DNA of 64,000 nt, taken from assembly GCA_032718475.1 (NCBI GenBank), contig JAUCBJ010005988.1, positions 14,567-78,566 of the forward strand, read 5' to 3'. Source of the stretch: Nemertoderma westbladi (Eukaryota; Animalia; Xenacoelomorpha). Of the stretch, positions 61,287 through 64,000 are shown one piece after another. The translations under genes and the position numbers were made by a program. How positions within the stretch are numbered: position 1 is the stretch's first letter; the number at the start of each line of letters is the position of its first letter. The notes beneath the pieces were generated by a model. It had not been told where the DNA came from, did no database searches, and saw only the letters and a program-made list of their open reading frames with translations.

Positions 61287-62435
61287 TTACAGCCGGGATT
61301 TATGATAAACTCTCTCAAACCGAAATGGTTTATTATCGTAGCCAGTCTCTGAGCCGGTTGCCAACCCAGCCAGTATCTTTCCGACCACCGGAGCGCACTT
61401 AAACCCGTGCCCGGAGAAGCCCGCGCCTACAACGATATTCCGGGAGCCCGGAAGGCAATCCAGCACGTAGTACCCGTCGGGAGATACGGTATACAGACAA
61501 GACTCAACGATGGAAGGAGAGGATTCCAGGCCGGGTAGATGTTCCTTAATGAAAGATCCGACAAGCTCGGTCTGCGTCAGGGAAGGTCTGCCGTCGCGTG
61601 TGTCGGGGTCCGTTATGGGACACCCGGCGTGTAGCATAACCTTAACGTAACCCGGATGCTCGCTCTCTGGGAACCAGTATATATGAGGATCCGATATGAA
61701 GATAGCGACAACCGGACTCGTGTATGAGTGTCTGCTAAGTTTCCGCCAATAGTTAACTGTTACTTGTTCCACCGTAACCGGTAACTGAGAACCTAAAGGC
61801 CTAATTAGCTTATTGATCCAGGAACCAACGGTTAATACAACCTTATCGGTTCTATAAACCCGACCACTATCTGTCTGCAAATCAACGTGATTCTCTTTGG
61901 TCTCATTGAGACTCACCAACTTATCGTTGTCGCGTATAGTAACGCCCATGGCAACCAATCGCAAGTGAACCGCTTGCAGTGCTAGGTCAGCGTTCAGTAC
62001 GCCAGCAGCCTCGTCCTTTATGGCCTGGCAACCTGGGAATCTCAAGGAAGGAAACTCCCTCGCCAGTTCTACCGAATTCAACCTCCTACACAGCTGTCCG
62101 TCACTTATCATACTCCGCTCCCAGACGTCGATATTCTCTCGAATGTCACTGATTAGCAGCCCTCCTGTTACACTAAGGAACTGCAGACCAGTATCCCGCG
62201 CTACGTCATCCCATATCCGGTAGCATTCCGGCATCATGGCGGTAAACTCTCGATTTGGACCGTAAGCATAGCGAATTATTCGAGAGGCGCCATGGGAACT
62301 ACCTTTACTGTGTCCCAACTCAAACTGCTCAATAAGTAAAACCCTGAGTTTCTTTGCAGCTAAATGATAGGCGGTGAAGCTGCCCATAATTCCGGCGCCT
62401 ATAACAGCGACATCGAATTCGGGGAGGGATGACAT
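61287..62435 (-). CDS. PIPOX: Peroxisomal sarcosine oxidase / L-pipecolate oxidase, 382 aa, single exon
   Basis: DVAVIGAGIMG FAD-binding motif, GSSHGASRIIRYAY, ESCLYT (flavinylated Cys position), GFSGHGFK, C-terminal PTS1 SRL. Confidence 0.93.
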   Translation of the reverse strand: MSSLPEFDVAVIGAGIMGSFTAYHLAAKKLRVLLIEQFELGHSKGSSHGASRIIRYAYGPNREFTAMMPECYRIWDDVARDTGLQFLSVTGGLLISDIRENIDVWERSMISDGQLCRRLNSVELAREFPSLRFPGCQAIKDEAAGVLNADLALQAVHLRLVAMGVTIRDNDKLVSLNETKENHVDLQTDSGRVYRTDKVVLTVGSWINKLIRPLGSQLPVTVEQVTVNYWRKLSRHSYTSPVVAIFISDPHIYWFPESEHPGYVKVMLHAGCPITDPDTRDGRPSLTQTELVGSFIKEHLPGLESSPSIVESCLYTVSPDGYYVLDCLPGSRNIVVGAGFSGHGFKCAPVVGKILAGLATGSETGYDNKPFRFERVYHKSRL

Positions 62436-62619
62436 TGTCGGAATGTGTAACAGAATAACCGAATGATTAACAACAGTTACCGGTACCGGTAGCTGGGTAG
62501 TTATTATTCTGTTATTATCAGCCTGTCAGCCGAAACAACTGCAGAACTGTAGAAATTAATTAAAAACAAATTAATTGTACAATAGGGATGTAGGGCCTAA
62601 CTAAATAATATTAACGATA

Positions 62620-62790
62620 CCGGTGTAACAGCGGATTCAGTCCCCCGAAGAATCGGTCCCCCCGGACCGGATCTGCAGATCTGCTAGCGGATTTAGTCCC
62701 CCGGACCCAATCCGCTAGCAGATTTGGTCTCCCTAGGACCAAATCTGCTAGCGGCTTGGGTCCTCGTTCGCGGATTTGGTCCCCCCAATC
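62620..62790. repeat. Cluster of GCTAGCGGATTTGGTCCCC direct and inverted motifs, probably a DNA-transposon end
   Basis: Repeated motif in both orientations; no partner end or TSD found. Confidence 0.5.
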
Positions 62791-63179
62791 CCTAGTGGAA
62801 TCCTTACAAAAAGCGCGCCGGATAACGCGCCAGATATTATGAAAATCGCGCCGCGCCTAGTAATATTGGAAATCGCGCCGCGCCAACACTCTGAACTCTA
62901 TAAATTGATGTGCGCCAGAAAAAATGTAGCATACAAATTAAAATACATTCGGCGCCAGTTAAGAATATATGCACGCCAGGAAATAATTTTGTTTTGAGCT
63001 CACTTAACATGCCACATACTGTATGATACAACAATTAGGCCATCAGCACACAATAATGTTCAGGATTTATTAAGTATTAATGTATTGCCGTCTTGGCACT
63101 TGGCATCAGTCGAAAATGTATCACCGTGATTGGGCCATACTAGCAATAAACTTTGTTTGTATATTAATTGGGATTTATG

Positions 63180-63500
63180 TTCTGGAACCGATCACACAGA
63201 CCATTGGAGTTATTCAAGGTGACATGCTACTGAGCTATACCCTCTCATATTCATCTTGTTTGTTTCCGACCTCCCTGCAGTTATTATAGCAACTGGATGC
63301 CTTATATTCATGTATGCCGACGATCTAGTTATTTGTAGAAATTCCATTGCGCAAGTTCAGATTGGACTCGATGCATTACTTGACTACTGCAGAGACCACG
63401 ACCTAACAGTCAATAGCTCAAAAATAAAAGTTGTTAAATTCAGACGTGGAGGTCGCTTATCACGGGACGATGTTCTGCATTACGATGGACAACTGTTATT
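63180..63500 (+). mobile_element. LINE (L2/CR1-like) reverse transcriptase fragment
   Basis: GVIQGDML (frameshift) LFVSDL…FMYADDLV…LDYC…LTVNSSKIKVVKF. Confidence 0.85.
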
Positions 63501-64000
63501 TCATTATTTTATAACTCGATGCAATCTATTTACTTATTTATTTTACTTTTATCAGGTCACATTTTAGCGAGCAATTTTAACATAATTTTAGTAATCGCAT
63601 TAATTCCAATATGTTTGGTTAATATAATTAAATTCGAAAGTATTGATGTATTTCTCAAGTAGAGTTCAGAATAACAAAGAATTACACTGCTAGAATGTAG
63701 TAAATGCATTAAACACATTAAATAAAAAATCAATCCTAAGATAAGATAATTATTGACAATTACATACTGTATTTACACGAATTACAAACCTACCTCTACC
63801 CCCCCCCCCCCCCCCCCCCCTCCCTTAAGTGATAGAAGAATGTAGAAAGCTGTTACCTGGCTGTTGGTCAGCTGGTACCGGTATCTAGGATTTACATAGC
63901 GACGGGGTATCTATGTAAAATTATAAATGCTGATAGGGTGACTGTATGGGATGTATGTAGGGATAGGTGGAGCGGTGGAGGTGGCCCGGCATGAAATATT

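Overview
AT-rich animal (invertebrate-type) genomic DNA with spliceosomal introns; not prokaryotic, no CRISPR. Three well-supported minus-strand genes: NOC2L (2 exons, 665 aa), CutA (2 visible exons) and an intronless peroxisomal sarcosine/pipecolate oxidase (PIPOX-like, ending in PTS1 -SRL). Also present are a probable decayed class C GPCR-type (Venus-flytrap) gene, a hAT transposase pseudogene, several LINE RT fragments and MITEs. About a third of the window is a dozen unrelated tandem arrays (units 8-68 bp), several visibly seeded from the sequence next to them. The most striking case is the NOC2L intron: ~44 tandem copies of the gene's own exon end plus 5' splice site (…CTTTGGTACAG|GTAAGC…), so most units read GT…AG and resemble a stack of recursive-splice sites or micro-introns. 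The 11.3-kb CutA intron is a nested stack: a hAT MITE contains a second hAT MITE, which contains a young BEL/Pao LTR retrotransposon, a G-rich satellite and a third MITE, with the TSDs readable. Coordinates were read by eye; array edges and copy numbers are approximate.
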